Shown here: positions 24,785 to 36,212 of the stretch, piece by piece
How positions within the stretch are numbered: the stretch's first letter is position 1
Layout: the number at the start of each line of letters is the position of its first letter
Assembly (NCBI GenBank): GCA_905178155.1
Contig: CAJINV010000012.1
Location: forward strand, 2,268,131-2,332,130
Direction of reading: 5' to 3'
Length of the DNA stretch: 64,000 nucleotides
DNA from: Amoebophrya sp. A120
Taxonomy: Eukaryota > Protista > Dinoflagellata
Program-made: the position numbers and the translations under genes
Notes under the pieces: generated by a model
Seen by the model: only the letters and a program-made list of their open reading frames with translations
Told to the model about the DNA's origin: nothing
The model's database searches: none

Positions 24785-25901
24785 GGTGTGCGGGTTTCTT
24801 TGGGGCTGCTGCGGAAACCAAATTAGTTCTTGCTTCAGGAAATAAAACTGAAGATCAAATCGATGAATAGCAGCTGAAATAGTTGGAGTCGTGGGGGGTG
24901 ATGAAAACTACTCGCTTATTGGAAGTCGCATTTTCAGAAACTTGGAGGTCGTGTGGGTCAAGAAAAGTGTCATGGTGTTGAGCTTCACCTTGTGGGGGAC
25001 AGAAAGTAATCCAGATAAAAAGATAAGAACCTGCACTGAAAGCGGTGAAATAGAAAAACACGACGGTTAGAAATGGTTTCGAGTCCACTTCTTCGTGGAA
25101 GTCATATGTCCTTCACCACAACGTAGTAGACCGAGTTTGCTTTTCTACTTTTCAGGTTAAAAATTGATCCTCTTGATGCTCGTCTTGAGAAAGTGCCTGG
25201 AAGATGGTGAGCTGGCCTGCTCCATTTGGTAGCAGCAATAAAGGAAGATCTTGTACTAAGCAAAGACAGATCTTGTACAAGCGCAACCCCAACCCTTTTT
25301 TTTTGCTATATTTGAATGAGAAGTTATGATTCTCCTGCTGCAATTGATTTTGCTCTTCTTGAACAAGTATTCACACATATCAGGGTTCGTCACCGACAAA
25401 AAAAACACATCCACTCTACCCACGTACTCACACACAAAGCCTGCTCCTACAACACACAAAAAAAGACGGAACAATGCCGAAAGCTGTGCGGCGAAACGCA
25501 CTGTTATCGAGGAGCGCCAACGCTCCTAAAACAGCGTCGGTCTCCGGATCATTAACGCGTTTGAAGTGACGGACCCAAAATGTTGTTGAAACGATTGAAA
25601 TTCTATCTTTATTGCGTTTGGCAGACAAGCAGAAACAAGTTTGCATTTTAACAGACAAACAGATTGCAGAGCACAAAAAGATTGATTTGTCTTGTGAATT
25701 AGTTGCGATTCGCAGACCGAAATTTTTCTTATTTATTGTTCATTGATACAACTTCAAGTACCAGAGCAAAAACTTAAGTATCCATCGAAACTCCGAACTG
25801 AGATGAGATTAAGCTCTCAGCTGCGTCAGAATGTCATCTTCACAACAATGTGCAAGAAGAAAAACTACCTCCACATAAACCATACCCCTCTCGAGGCCCC
25901 T

Positions 25902-28900
25902 TCACAGCGGCCCCGTCGCATGCCTTCCGACGTTTCCCATATTCCCCACATGCGCGCCGTCATTTTCATCCCTGCCACTGAACATGTGCGCCAGACTGTT
26001 ACCCCACCTTGCGAACCGGTGAATCCAACTTGGGATCGCCATACTTGTCATCCCTAACAAAACCTGTGCAAACTCGTCGGAAAACGTGCAGCAGTTGCGG
26101 CTCAGCAAGTCGTACGAATTGCCCTGCCACGCCCGCTCCATTGCCCCGACGATGTTCCCCAATTCTTCCACCGACAGGTACGTGTAGCCGAGAAAAATCG
26201 ACTCGCGGTACTTGTGGGTGTGGTGCTTTATCCTGTGCAAAAGTATCGTACTCGTAGTAATTGCAATCATGCATATACAAATTTCTTTCTCAAGTCCAAT
26301 CCGCATTACAAATTTCATTTCTCATGCTGAAGAAATTTGTAATGCATTTATACGAGTACGATACTTTTGCAGTGCATATGCTTCTTCGGCGCGTGGGTCT
26401 CCACCCCGGTGCCGTGGGGAGTGTACCCGAAGGAAAATTCTCGGTTGTGCACCTCGATCCCCGCGTGGAAAACGCCGCCGAATTTCAGCATTTTGTTGGA
26501 AAAAACAAAGTTCAGATTCTTGATTTTCTCCGCCGCGTCTTCGTTCATCGGAGGGTCCAGGTCGTAGACGTTGACGTAGACCGGGACTTGCCGCCAGTTC
26601 AGCGGGTTGAGCTCGAGTTTCTGGTGCCTTTGCTGAAGGGCTGATGTTATGAACTGGAAAAGTATCGCACTCGTATAAATGCATTACAAATTTCCTCAGC
26701 ATGAGAAAAAAAATTTGCAATGCTGCTTTACCTTAGGGAAAAGATTTGTAATGCATGATTGCAAGAATACGAGTACGATACTTTTGCACGGGATAGATGT
26801 CGGCGCGACGTCAGGCTGGATTAGAGGGGTGTAGTAGCGGCTGGACATGGAAGCTTGTTCTACCGGCGCACCTTGGGCTCCTGCCGCTGCTGCTGCACCC
26901 ATATGATGTTCTCGCCAGGCGATGTAGTCCACTCGGGCGGTCTGCGCACCAGACGAGCCACCAGATGGTTGGTTCGTAACAGAAATTACCGGCTGGTGCA
27001 TAACGTGACTTGCAGGATTTTTGATGTTCAACACATGTTGATGTCCTCCAGCAAACACCAAATTCGATTGCTGCATTTGGTTCGGCCCGTTCGCTTGTGC
27101 TGTGCAAAAGCATCGTACTCGTAGTAATCGCAGTCATGCATTACAAATTTCCTTCTTAACCTAAATCCGCATTACAAACTCCATTTTTCATGCTGAGGGA
27201 ATTTGTCATGCGATTTCTACTAGTACGATGCTTTTGCATTTCATATCGCCCGGAAGCAATCTCGCACCCAGGGCGACATCATCATTCCCGTCTCCCGGTT
27301 GACAAAAACTGAGGAGAAACTGAGCCTGTACCCGGCTAGAACACCCCCAGATCCACCGCCTTTCTCAAACTCGAACTCGAATTTTTGTGGTGCGCCGTAT
27401 TTACTAGTTTGATGTTGGCCATTCAGATTCATTTGCGATTGCATTTCCACCAACCGTTTCGTCAGCTCCGAGTCATAACTCCGAAACTTCGCAGTGCTGA
27501 AATAGGTGTCGGGAGGTATCCTGTGCAAAAGTATCGCACTCGTAGTAATCGCAGTGATGAATGACAAATCCTCTATCTTAGGGAAATCAGCATTACAAGC
27601 TCCACTTTCCTTCTTGGCAAAATTTGTCATGCAGTTTATACTAGTACGATGCTTTTGCAATGCATAGGAGGCGTGCCGAACCCAATGTGATTTAAGCGGT
27701 AGGAAACCGTGTTCGGGTAGTTTTCGCTGTTTCTGGTCACAAACACCGGCTGGAAGGAAAGGAGCAATTCTTTCTTATGCATTGCAAAAGCATCGTACTA
27801 GTAGAAATCGCATGACAAATTCGCTCAGCATGACAAATGGAATTTGTCATGCTGTTTTCCCTTGGGATGGAAGTTTGTAATGCATGATTGCGATTACTAC
27901 GAGTACGATACTTTTGCCCAGCATATTTCTTCGAAAACGCCAATTGGTTTGCTTCCGAGCTGGAACTGCCGGAGTTAGTCGTGTAAAAGTGAGCTAGTTC
28001 CCGATCCACCGCCTCACCACCGTTCTTAATCATGTCCTTCGACACTAAAAGCTTCGTCCGGCGGGTCTCTGTTTGGTCAAAAACGAAAAATTTCAAGTCG
28101 CGGAGACCGTAGAAGTTGCCATCATGATTCGTCTGGGCGTGGTTCATCTTGTGCTGCTGGTTATTGTTGTTCCCGTTGTAGCTGTTCACAGCCTTCTGCC
28201 ACTTCTGCTCCCGGTCGTGATTGATCAAAGCAAGCTTCTGCTGAATTTCACCGCACTGGTAGCAAATTTCTAATCTTTGGCTCTTGCAATAAGGGTTCTT
28301 GTTGTTCATCGAGCTAGAAGCCGCGCGTGCTGTCGCAGGCGCCGACGCACCATTGGTATTGTCGCTGGTAGACGTCCCAACAAACACAAAGCCGTTCGTG
28401 AAGAGTTTCTCGACCATTTGCCTTTCCACATTGTCGATGGTTTGTTGGATTGCGATCTGCCGAGGATCTACTTGCTGCTGCTGTTGTCCTCGTACTCCAC
28501 TTCGATCGGTCACCGCACCGGAAAACGCCATTTTGCCAGGAGCAGCTCCAGGCAACACTTTGCCTATTACCCTTTCCGCTTTACTCTTGTCGAAGAAATT
28601 CTCGTAAAAATCCTCCTCATCCAGGTTTTCCAGAGTGGATGCACTAGCTTATCCACAAGAAATAATTTCCCGCACATGTACAACTACAAATGCAGTCGCT
28701 GCATGACAAAACTTGCCTTCAGTCCTAGTCTAGCATGACAAGTTGGACACTGCAAGTTAGGGAAATTGCTCATGCATTTTGTACATGTACGGGAAATTTG
28801 TCTTGCATATACCTGAACCTGATCCAGCCCCTCCCCCGCCGGCGAAAAAGCTCCACAGATCTTCCTCGTAGTCCTGATTGGAAGTTTGCTTGTAATCCAT

Positions 28901-30667
28901 AGTTCGCAAGTAGTCCAACGTCCTGCCGCGCTCGTTGGGGGCGTGTTCCGGAAAGTTCTGCATGTAGTCATCCACGCGACCGCCGCGGCGGTTGTTGGCT
29001 TGGGGTATAACGTTGTGGACTGTGCTAGTACTAGCAGTGATGTCCGCGGCTTCTAGAGCACCACTATCCTCACCGGAGGAGGAACTACCTGACCTTTTCT
29101 GCATGAATTTCTTGAAATACCGCCTCGCCGACGGGGTTTCGAACTTGTCAACCCGCTGCAACATTTGTTCGTCGTGGTAGTTCTTACTGTTTTCATCAAC
29201 ATTGTTGCTGTCCAACGTCGGAAACAATTCGCTGACGTTTTGATCCACAAGCGCGATATTCCTGCCTGGAACTACGGCCCCGTTTTGCAGCGGAGTCACT
29301 TTCTCTTCCCATTCTACCTTGTTCAATCGCTTCATCTCCCGGAACCGTGCTCTATTCTGTGTGTTGTGATTCGCATTCATCCGCCCAGTTGTACTGCTAT
29401 CATCTATCCCGGATAATCCGAGAAACAAGCTGGGCACGTTGATCCGCTCGTCGTTTACCAGAATTAAGAATCTCGAGTCGGGCTTCAAGAGCAGGCTGTT
29501 CTTCAAAATTTTCTCCCTCCGCTTAAACAATTGCTGTAGTTGCAACCTGTTCTTAAACATCGTTTGCGTGTAATCGTAGGAAAAGGTCGCCATCGGGTCA
29601 ACTCGGATGTCGAAGTCCTTTACTGCGTCGAGGATTTCGGAATTTGACTTCGCATTCATCAGCTCCGGAGTGATCATGAAATTCGCTCTTGGGAGGTGTT
29701 TATTTTGCGGAGGTGCCGCATTGACATTGACATTGAGTTGCGGTGTGGTCCTCCTTGCGGTTCTTCCGCCCGTAATTATAGGCCGCGAAGATGATGAAGC
29801 TGCGTTTACTTCATGGTCTTCTACTGTAGTCGTGGTGCCCGTGTGCGGTCGCCATCCGGGCTGCTGCGGCTGTCCTTCTTTTGTGGTCCTCGGCCCACCT
29901 CGCACGCCATACTGCTGCATATGGCGTTCTCAAACGTTACATTCTCAACTGTTACATGGTTTGTCATGCAAAATTGCCTTCAGAAGCGACACCATCAAGT
30001 TGCTTCGCATGACAAATTCTCAGAGGGCCAAATAGGGTGATAATCGGCGCCAAGTCTGTCACGCAAGACGCGCAAGATCGCCCCTATCACTTTTGCCATT
30101 CTTGCATCACAAATTCATGTAACGGTTGAGAATGTAACAGTTGAGAACGCCATACTGCACCGACGTGTAATGTACCGCTTCGTCCAGAGACGGCGTAGTT
30201 CCTCGGTCAGCATTATTTTCGTATGGATTTCTTCCCGGCTTTTGGACCGCATGATGAGATGAAAATCTATTCCCGCTGTCCGAAAAGGGTGCAAACTGAT
30301 ACGCGGAAAATTCCCGGCCCCAATCGTCGATTGGCTGCGGTGGAGCTGCGACTGGCGGTGCGGTATCTTCCTCTTTCACCTGCGGAATCACCTCTGTCTG
30401 CTCCTGCACGAATTTCGTGTTGCGCCCGAGGAAGAGCTCAGGAAGGGGAAGAACGGAAGTTCTTGATGATGGGCTCCCCGTTCTTGTCCCCCGATTAATA
30501 TGCAAGCGTTGTAGTTCATCAAAATCATGCTGGTGGTGCCCGCGGCCGAAAGAGCCAGGTAGTGGGCGATCCGCGAGGGCGAAAGGAGCAAAGAGCGGGT
30601 GAAATGAAACCGTAACGAAAGGAACCAGGAAAAAAGGAGAGTGAGCGAGCCACATCTTATTCAGCAT
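25902..30667 (-). CDS. Large protein with a C-terminal PPPDE (DESI-like) cysteine peptidase domain; 7 introner introns
   Basis: After splicing it reads VYVNVYDL...GVFHAGIEVHNREFSFG...YDLLSRNCCTFS. All 7 junctions join in frame. The start at MLNKMWLAH (30667) is inferred, and the ORF stays open to 31051. Confidence 0.8.
26229..26378. mobile_element. Introner family H
   Basis: TGCAAAAGTATCGTACTCGTA / TACGAGTACGATACTTTTGCA; TSD TGCTT. Confidence 0.92.
26648..26795. mobile_element. Introner family H
   Basis: Family H TIR; TSD GATGT. Confidence 0.9.
27096..27245. mobile_element. Introner family H (left end TGT)
   Basis: Family H TIR; TSD TCGCT/TCGCC. Confidence 0.88.
27517..27666. mobile_element. 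Introner family H
   Basis: Family H TIR; TSD GGAGG. Confidence 0.92.
27776..27925. mobile_element. Introner family H (opposite orientation to 27517)
   Basis: Family H TIR; TSD TTTCT. Confidence 0.92.
28650..28809. mobile_element. Introner family B
   Basis: Homologous to 9086-9236 (shared TCCTAGTCTAGCATGACAAGTT); TSD TAGCT/TACCT. Confidence 0.88.
29920..30154. mobile_element. Introner family E
   Basis: TATGGCGTTCTCAAACGTTACATTCTCAAC / GTTGAGAATGTAACAGTTGAGAACGCCATA; TSD CTGCA. Confidence 0.9.
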
Positions 30668-31239
30668 TTTCAGAGATAAAGAACTGAGACTGACGAGGAC
30701 AGCGACTACACTTCTCAAGCATGCTACTTTGAAATACGCACTTATGGGCTCAATCGTCTGAGTCAGAAATTTACTTATTTCACAGCATGATGGACCTAAT
30801 GGCAAACCAAAGTAGCAAAACGACAGGGAACAACAAAGCACATTTTTCGTCACCGATGGCGCACAGCCCGCACGCAGCCACGGTAGCCTTCTTGACGAAC
30901 GGAACGCACAACACGCGCTCAACGTCACGGCAAGCAGCAAAATAAACGAACACAAAGTGAAAGCGCCGAGCTCCCGGACACAGGCACTAGCCAATAGGCA
31001 CAATGAATCAAGCACACCCGTGTCACTGGTTCGGTTATGCCCTTCTTTCATAATTTTGATCTGAAGTGGTTATGTGCATTGTCGCTGCATTTTTCGTCGA
31101 TAGAAAGGAGGATATTGGCGTCGTAAAAAATAGCTCCGGAAGAACAGCTGTCGCTTGTTTGCTAGCGCTCGTTCTCGTCCGTTATGAGTTAGCAATCAAC
31201 GTAAAAATCACCGTGGTACTAGTCGCAGTTTCAGCTCCT

Positions 31240-33570
31240 TCAAAGAAAATCCTCCTCCTCCTCGTAGCTGTTTTTCCTCCTTTTCGCACTGTTCATCTCT
31301 GCCGCAGCCTCTGCAGCTTCGAACAGGCCGCGGCCGCTTTTGATCCCAAATTTTGCCCGCGCGGCTCTCTCCGCTTTCCGCTCCTGTTCCTCCTCCAAAG
31401 CAAGTAGCCGGTCGAGTTCGGAGAGCGCTGCTTTTGCAGAGGAGGGGAGATTCACCTGTGGTTCTTGAGCGGCGCCGATGTTTTGTACGTTGTTCATACT
31501 GCTCGAACTTTTCCCAGCTGCAGAAGATCCTGAAGAACAGCCGGTGCTTTGAAACAACGGTGCGCTGGGGCCTTGATGTTCATCATCGTTAGCATCCTCC
31601 ATGCTGTCGATGTCCATTCCCGTAGCTGCTCCTGTTCCAGTCACACCTCCAGACATCACAGCCAGGCTTCCATTTTTTCCCTTCCCACCTGTGCCGTACT
31701 TTTGTCGGTCCGTCAACATCCGGTCGCTTCTCGTCTCAAGTCTAGGAGTAGAGGAACCCGCGGGCGTATTTCTCGTAGTCGTATTGTTTTGCTCCTGTTC
31801 TCGACGTTCCGGAGGAGTTGTACTACTAGTACCCTTTGTAATTAGCAGCTGTTCATGCAGTTCTGCACCAGGAGCAGGAGAGGGCGACTCGCAGGTCTCT
31901 GGGCTTTGCAGGTCAGCACCAAGTTGCCCCTCCTGTTGCAAGTTACTACCAGTACTCTCGTCAAAATCTACGTCCATGCTGTCATCGCCAAAATTGTCCA
32001 GGAGCTGCAGATTTTCCAACTGCGCAAAATCGTCCTCGTCCATCGCCGCGTAGGCCGCTTCCTCCTCTTTCTCCCGCTCTTCCAAAGATTGCAGAAGGTT
32101 TTTCGTCTCGGTGGAAGAACAGGTGGTGGTGGTGGAAGAGTTATTTGGTGCTGATGCGATTGCACAACCGGAACCGGCACGAGAGGACACCGACACCTGC
32201 GCTCGTCCAGCAGCACCCGTGTCACTTGTTTCTTGAACAGGAACATGATTCGGTATCAACGGCATTTGGTAATTCGAGTTTGGATTTCTGCTGCTCCCAA
32301 TCGGACTGGGTTTCATCTTGAACAAGTCGGGTGAGGCCCCCGCGTTTGGATTGTTCGGGCGGGGATAAGTTCTCGGCGGGCTGTTCGGTACTAGCTGTAA
32401 CATCCCATGACCACCTCCTCTCAAAGACGACGATGAACCTGAGCCTGAACTCATCTTGTCCTGTCCAGACGAAAACCCGCAGGCGTGGAGCGATTTCAAC
32501 AGTGCGTGCTGACCCCGGAGAAGATCCGCTGCGGAAGATGTAGATGTAGTGCTGGTTGTATCAAGGTTGTCCACGCCTTGACGAGGAGGAGCTACTACTA
32601 CATTTTGGCTAGTGTTTCTGTTTTCCCCAACTGTATTCGGCGCTTTCGACGGAAGCTTTGTGACCGGAGTGCCCGTTACTCTCGTCGCGGTTGAGGTCTC
32701 AGGCACGTTTGTCCACTGGCGGGGGTTGGTGGAATTTCTCGTGCTCGTAGAAGATGAGGAAGAAGCATTGGAACTGCTACTTCCGCTTCCATTTTGGCCA
32801 AAAGAAGAACTACTTGAAGATCCGAAAAAGGAATAGAAGTTGCCAAACGCACCAGAAGCGCCAGTAGTTCCCCGCGAGGAGGTTGAGGAGGAAAAACCAC
32901 CTTGCTGCGACGATGAACCAGCACCATCACCCCGACTTTTCGGTTGCTGCAAACTGGAAGTTTGGTTCCGAAAAATCGTACCACATTGTCGGTGCACCAA
33001 ATGCCCCTCTGGCGCGGTGACCACTTCATTTTCGTCCTCTTTGATGACAATTTGGTTGCACCGGTCACACTTCAAGGTCGTGAAATCTTTTTTACCGGAG
33101 GACAGAAGCTTGGACACGGTTAAGGGTTTAGGATTTTGCTTGCTTGTTCCGGCATTTTTCGTTGCATCTGTTTTCAGTTTGCTCGACCCACAAGCAGAAC
33201 TCGCTAACGGAATCGGCTGACCGTTGCTGTCTTGCGTCAAGTACTTGACCGGTGGGTATGCCGGGGGAGCCATGGGGAAGCGACGGGAGGTGTGGGGAGG
33301 GCCTGTGGGAGGGGCAGTAGAATTGGATCTACCACTAGAAGTCCGGCTAGAATTCGAAGACGAAATGAGTGCTCCGTTTTGGAGGTTGTTCGAAGCGAGG
33401 CGTGCGGAGGAGCTTCTTGAGGAGGAAGATGATGCTCCACCTGTCGCTCTTCCGTAAGATGAGCCACTGCTACCACGGCTGGAAGAACTTCTACTGGACG
33501 AGGCTCCTTGCTGGTACCCGTAGGGCGGGTGGCGCGGGTTCAGGTATTTCACTGAGGAGGACGCGGCCAT
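31240..33570 (-). CDS. Ser-rich low-complexity protein with a single LIM-like zinc finger, intronless
   Basis: 776-aa ORF containing CDRC-x21-HRQC. Confidence 0.7.
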   Translation of the reverse strand: MAASSSVKYLNPRHPPYGYQQGASSSRSSSSRGSSGSSYGRATGGASSSSSRSSSARLASNNLQNGALISSSNSSRTSSGRSNSTAPPTGPPHTSRRFPMAPPAYPPVKYLTQDSNGQPIPLASSACGSSKLKTDATKNAGTSKQNPKPLTVSKLLSSGKKDFTTLKCDRCNQIVIKEDENEVVTAPEGHLVHRQCGTIFRNQTSSLQQPKSRGDGAGSSSQQGGFSSSTSSRGTTGASGAFGNFYSFFGSSSSSSFGQNGSGSSSSNASSSSSTSTRNSTNPRQWTNVPETSTATRVTGTPVTKLPSKAPNTVGENRNTSQNVVVAPPRQGVDNLDTTSTTSTSSAADLLRGQHALLKSLHACGFSSGQDKMSSGSGSSSSLRGGGHGMLQLVPNSPPRTYPRPNNPNAGASPDLFKMKPSPIGSSRNPNSNYQMPLIPNHVPVQETSDTGAAGRAQVSVSSRAGSGCAIASAPNNSSTTTTCSSTETKNLLQSLEEREKEEEAAYAAMDEDDFAQLENLQLLDNFGDDSMDVDFDESTGSNLQQEGQLGADLQSPETCESPSPAPGAELHEQLLITKGTSSTTPPERREQEQNNTTTRNTPAGSSTPRLETRSDRMLTDRQKYGTGGKGKNGSLAVMSGGVTGTGAATGMDIDSMEDANDDEHQGPSAPLFQSTGCSSGSSAAGKSSSSMNNVQNIGAAQEPQVNLPSSAKAALSELDRLLALEEEQERKAERAARAKFGIKSGRGLFEAAEAAAEMNSAKRRKNSYEEEEDFL

Positions 33571-34347
33571 GGCTTAGAAGCACAATGATGTCGTTGATGC
33601 GAGCTGTGTATGTCTTCAAGGTCGTGAATCTGTAGAAAGAGGTCGAATACAAGTCGCTACAAGATGAAATGTAAGGAGCGGTGGTTTCAACACTCGTGAA
33701 AGAAGTGACAGAACTGGCTAGGAAGTCGCGTGAGTTTGTTCTAACTATGACGCGATCTTCGCGTTCAATCATTTTCCAGTACTAGAGAGGTATCAGTACG
33801 ACATCACAAAAAACGCGCGGCCGTGCCCTGCCAAATTGAAAAGGTTTCTCATCTTGGTATGTCGACCTCAATAGTATTTGAGAGCGGGTGAATGACTCCA
33901 CACAGAAGCGACGTCCAGATATGCGCGCTAGGCCGCAGCCGCAAGAGAGTAAGTTTCTTGTGAAGAAAGCGCTCGAGGTCGTCTCGTTCTGACATTTTCA
34001 TCGCACAACAAGGGTACACAGCACGTCACGGAAGATCCTCCTCAATACAGATTTCTCGTCCTTCGATCAGGTACAAAATAGGGGAGCATTGATGGCGCCT
34101 TCATTTTCTGTATCGGAACAGGATTCACCAGTGATTCATTCCATCCTCTCTTTTAGAGCGTGCAGAGCGTAACCATATCGATCATTTTGTTCACTTCTCC
34201 AGTAGCATCTTCACATTTTTGCGCTACTTACAGCAAAGTGACACAATGTCGCGAATATCTTCAGGACCACTATGGTTAGGGACATTGGGGCTGTACGTGC
34301 GAAGATCAGAGAAATTTCGGTACACAACATCATCGGTGAAAGGATTT

Positions 34348-36212
34348 TTATGCCCCCTCCAACCGGTACCGTCTTTCCGCCTCCCTCTTGTACTGAATCA
34401 ACTCGTCCCCCTTCTGCACTACCATGCCATCTATCGCCGAGTCCGGGAATTTCGCGAGCTCTTCATTCGTCAAAACCTGCTCCTTGTCGTCTTTGGACTT
34501 CTGTTTCGGAACTTCCTTTTCTAAAAATTTCTGCCACACGCCCGGCTCACTCGCGGCGCCGGGAATCGGCGGTCCGATCTTCTCGAGGGAGTCGGAACCT
34601 GAGGGTTGTGGTAAGATCGTTTTCTATTTGACAACGCATGAGAAAAGTGCATCATCCTTCAGATCACGCATGACAAAGTTAAGTGGCGCAAAGTTCGTAT
34701 CTTTATTACCTGCCGGAATGCACAGCGGTTTGGTCATGTCGAGACAGGGTTTTGCCGTCGGTGGCGTGTTAAAGAGCAGGCCCTTCAGGATACCTGTTTA
34801 TTTTCGCATGATTAAGTTTGAGTATGTGCTGCAGGCAGCATTGCACGAGAAATTGATCTACTCTATCTGCTCTTAATCCTGTTTCTAAGTTACGGGCTTC
34901 CGCACCTCGTCCTAATTCATTGAGCAACTCTCTCTGCATCACAAACACTCACCCTGAAAGAACAAGTTCGTATTATACCTCGATAATTATTCATGCTCGT
35001 TTTCTCCTGCACTGCGGTCGTGACGAAGTGTCCACACAAAATGTGTGCGAAAAACCGCAGTCCCCGAATCAGCACTTTCCGCAGCTCCGCGTCCATTCTT
35101 CCAATCATCAGATCGTACTATGCATTGCAAAACTATCGTACTAGTATAAATTGCATTACAAATTTTCCCAAGAGCAAAAATGTAATTTGTCATGCTATTT
35201 CAGGTAGAAAGTTGGATCTGTCATGCATAGATATCTGCAATTAGTACGAGTACGATACTTTTGCACAGGATACGTACTTCGCAACCACGATTAACAGCGG
35301 CACCGGGAAGGGCCGTAGCTGCTCCTTGTTCGGGAATTTCTCAAACACCTCTGCTGGCTGTAAGTCCGGTCTTGTATCAAGTGCAAAAATGTCTGGGTCT
35401 GGAAGAATTCATGTTTGTCATGCTTGTCTGGCATGACTCGGGAATGTGTGTTGCATAGGCACGAAAAAGCCCTCTTGTGATGCAGCGACGCAGTTTGCCA
35501 TGCGGAATACGTTGTAAGACATGGCAGCCAAAAAATTTGTCATGCGTAACTGCGTATTGCAGTGCGTCTATCATTCATTTTTAGCATTACAAGTTTCCAG
35601 ACCCAGACATTTTTGCATTTCACATCTTGTACTCGCGGACAAATTCGGATTTGCCGCGGCGATTTTCGAACGGAGTAGGCTCGTCCATTCAAGGAATGAC
35701 TGCAGGATGTTCCCAGGTTCCGACCCGTCTAGAACGACACAACATAACATGTTATTTGATGATGTGGAGGATGAGGATGTTGTAGTAGAAGTGCTTGTGC
35801 TTGAAGAGGAGGAGGAGGAACTACTTGCAGCTGTCGTTTTCACGACTAGATCCGCAAAGACGTCCAGCCCGCTGTCGTACAAGTGCGCGACGTTTTTCCC
35901 GCTGCCCACCGCCGCATCCGTGCGGACGAATTTGTAGTCCAACGCGACGGTGGACTTCGGAAAGTCTTCCTTCGATGGGTTGATGAAACGCTCCACTAGT
36001 GTTGTCTTCCCGCACTTCTTTTTCCCGACAAAGAGACAGGTCGTGTTGACGGACTGGGACTGGTTGGAGGTTAGGAGACTGTTTTCATCTGCTCCATTGT
36101 TTTCGTTCTCTTTCTCGATTAGCTTCGCCGAGGCCGGCGTGCCGAGCTTGTCCCATACCGGCACGAATTCGCTCTTGGAAGAGCTTTTTGTGCGGGTGGA
36201 GGAGGAACGCAT
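34348..36212 (-). CDS. DYNC2LI1: Cytoplasmic dynein-2 light intermediate chain
   Basis: FVGKKKCGKTTL, PKSTVALDY, AKYD...RKVLIRGLRFFAH and KPLCIPAGSDSLEKIG match the D2LIC pattern. Introners at 35375 and 35119; GT-AG introns at 34794-34978 and 34599-34709. Confidence 0.85.
35119..35272. mobile_element. Introner family H
   Basis: Family H TIR; TSD CGTAC; restores conserved AKY|D. Confidence 0.92.
35375..35624. mobile_element. Introner family A (right end ACA)
   Basis: Family A TIR; TSD TCTTG. Confidence 0.9.

Noticed and set aside
26229-27925. Regularly recurring repeats resembling a CRISPR array
   Set aside because: The repeats are inverted pairs bounding 150-bp elements, the spacers are in-frame exons, and no cas genes are present.
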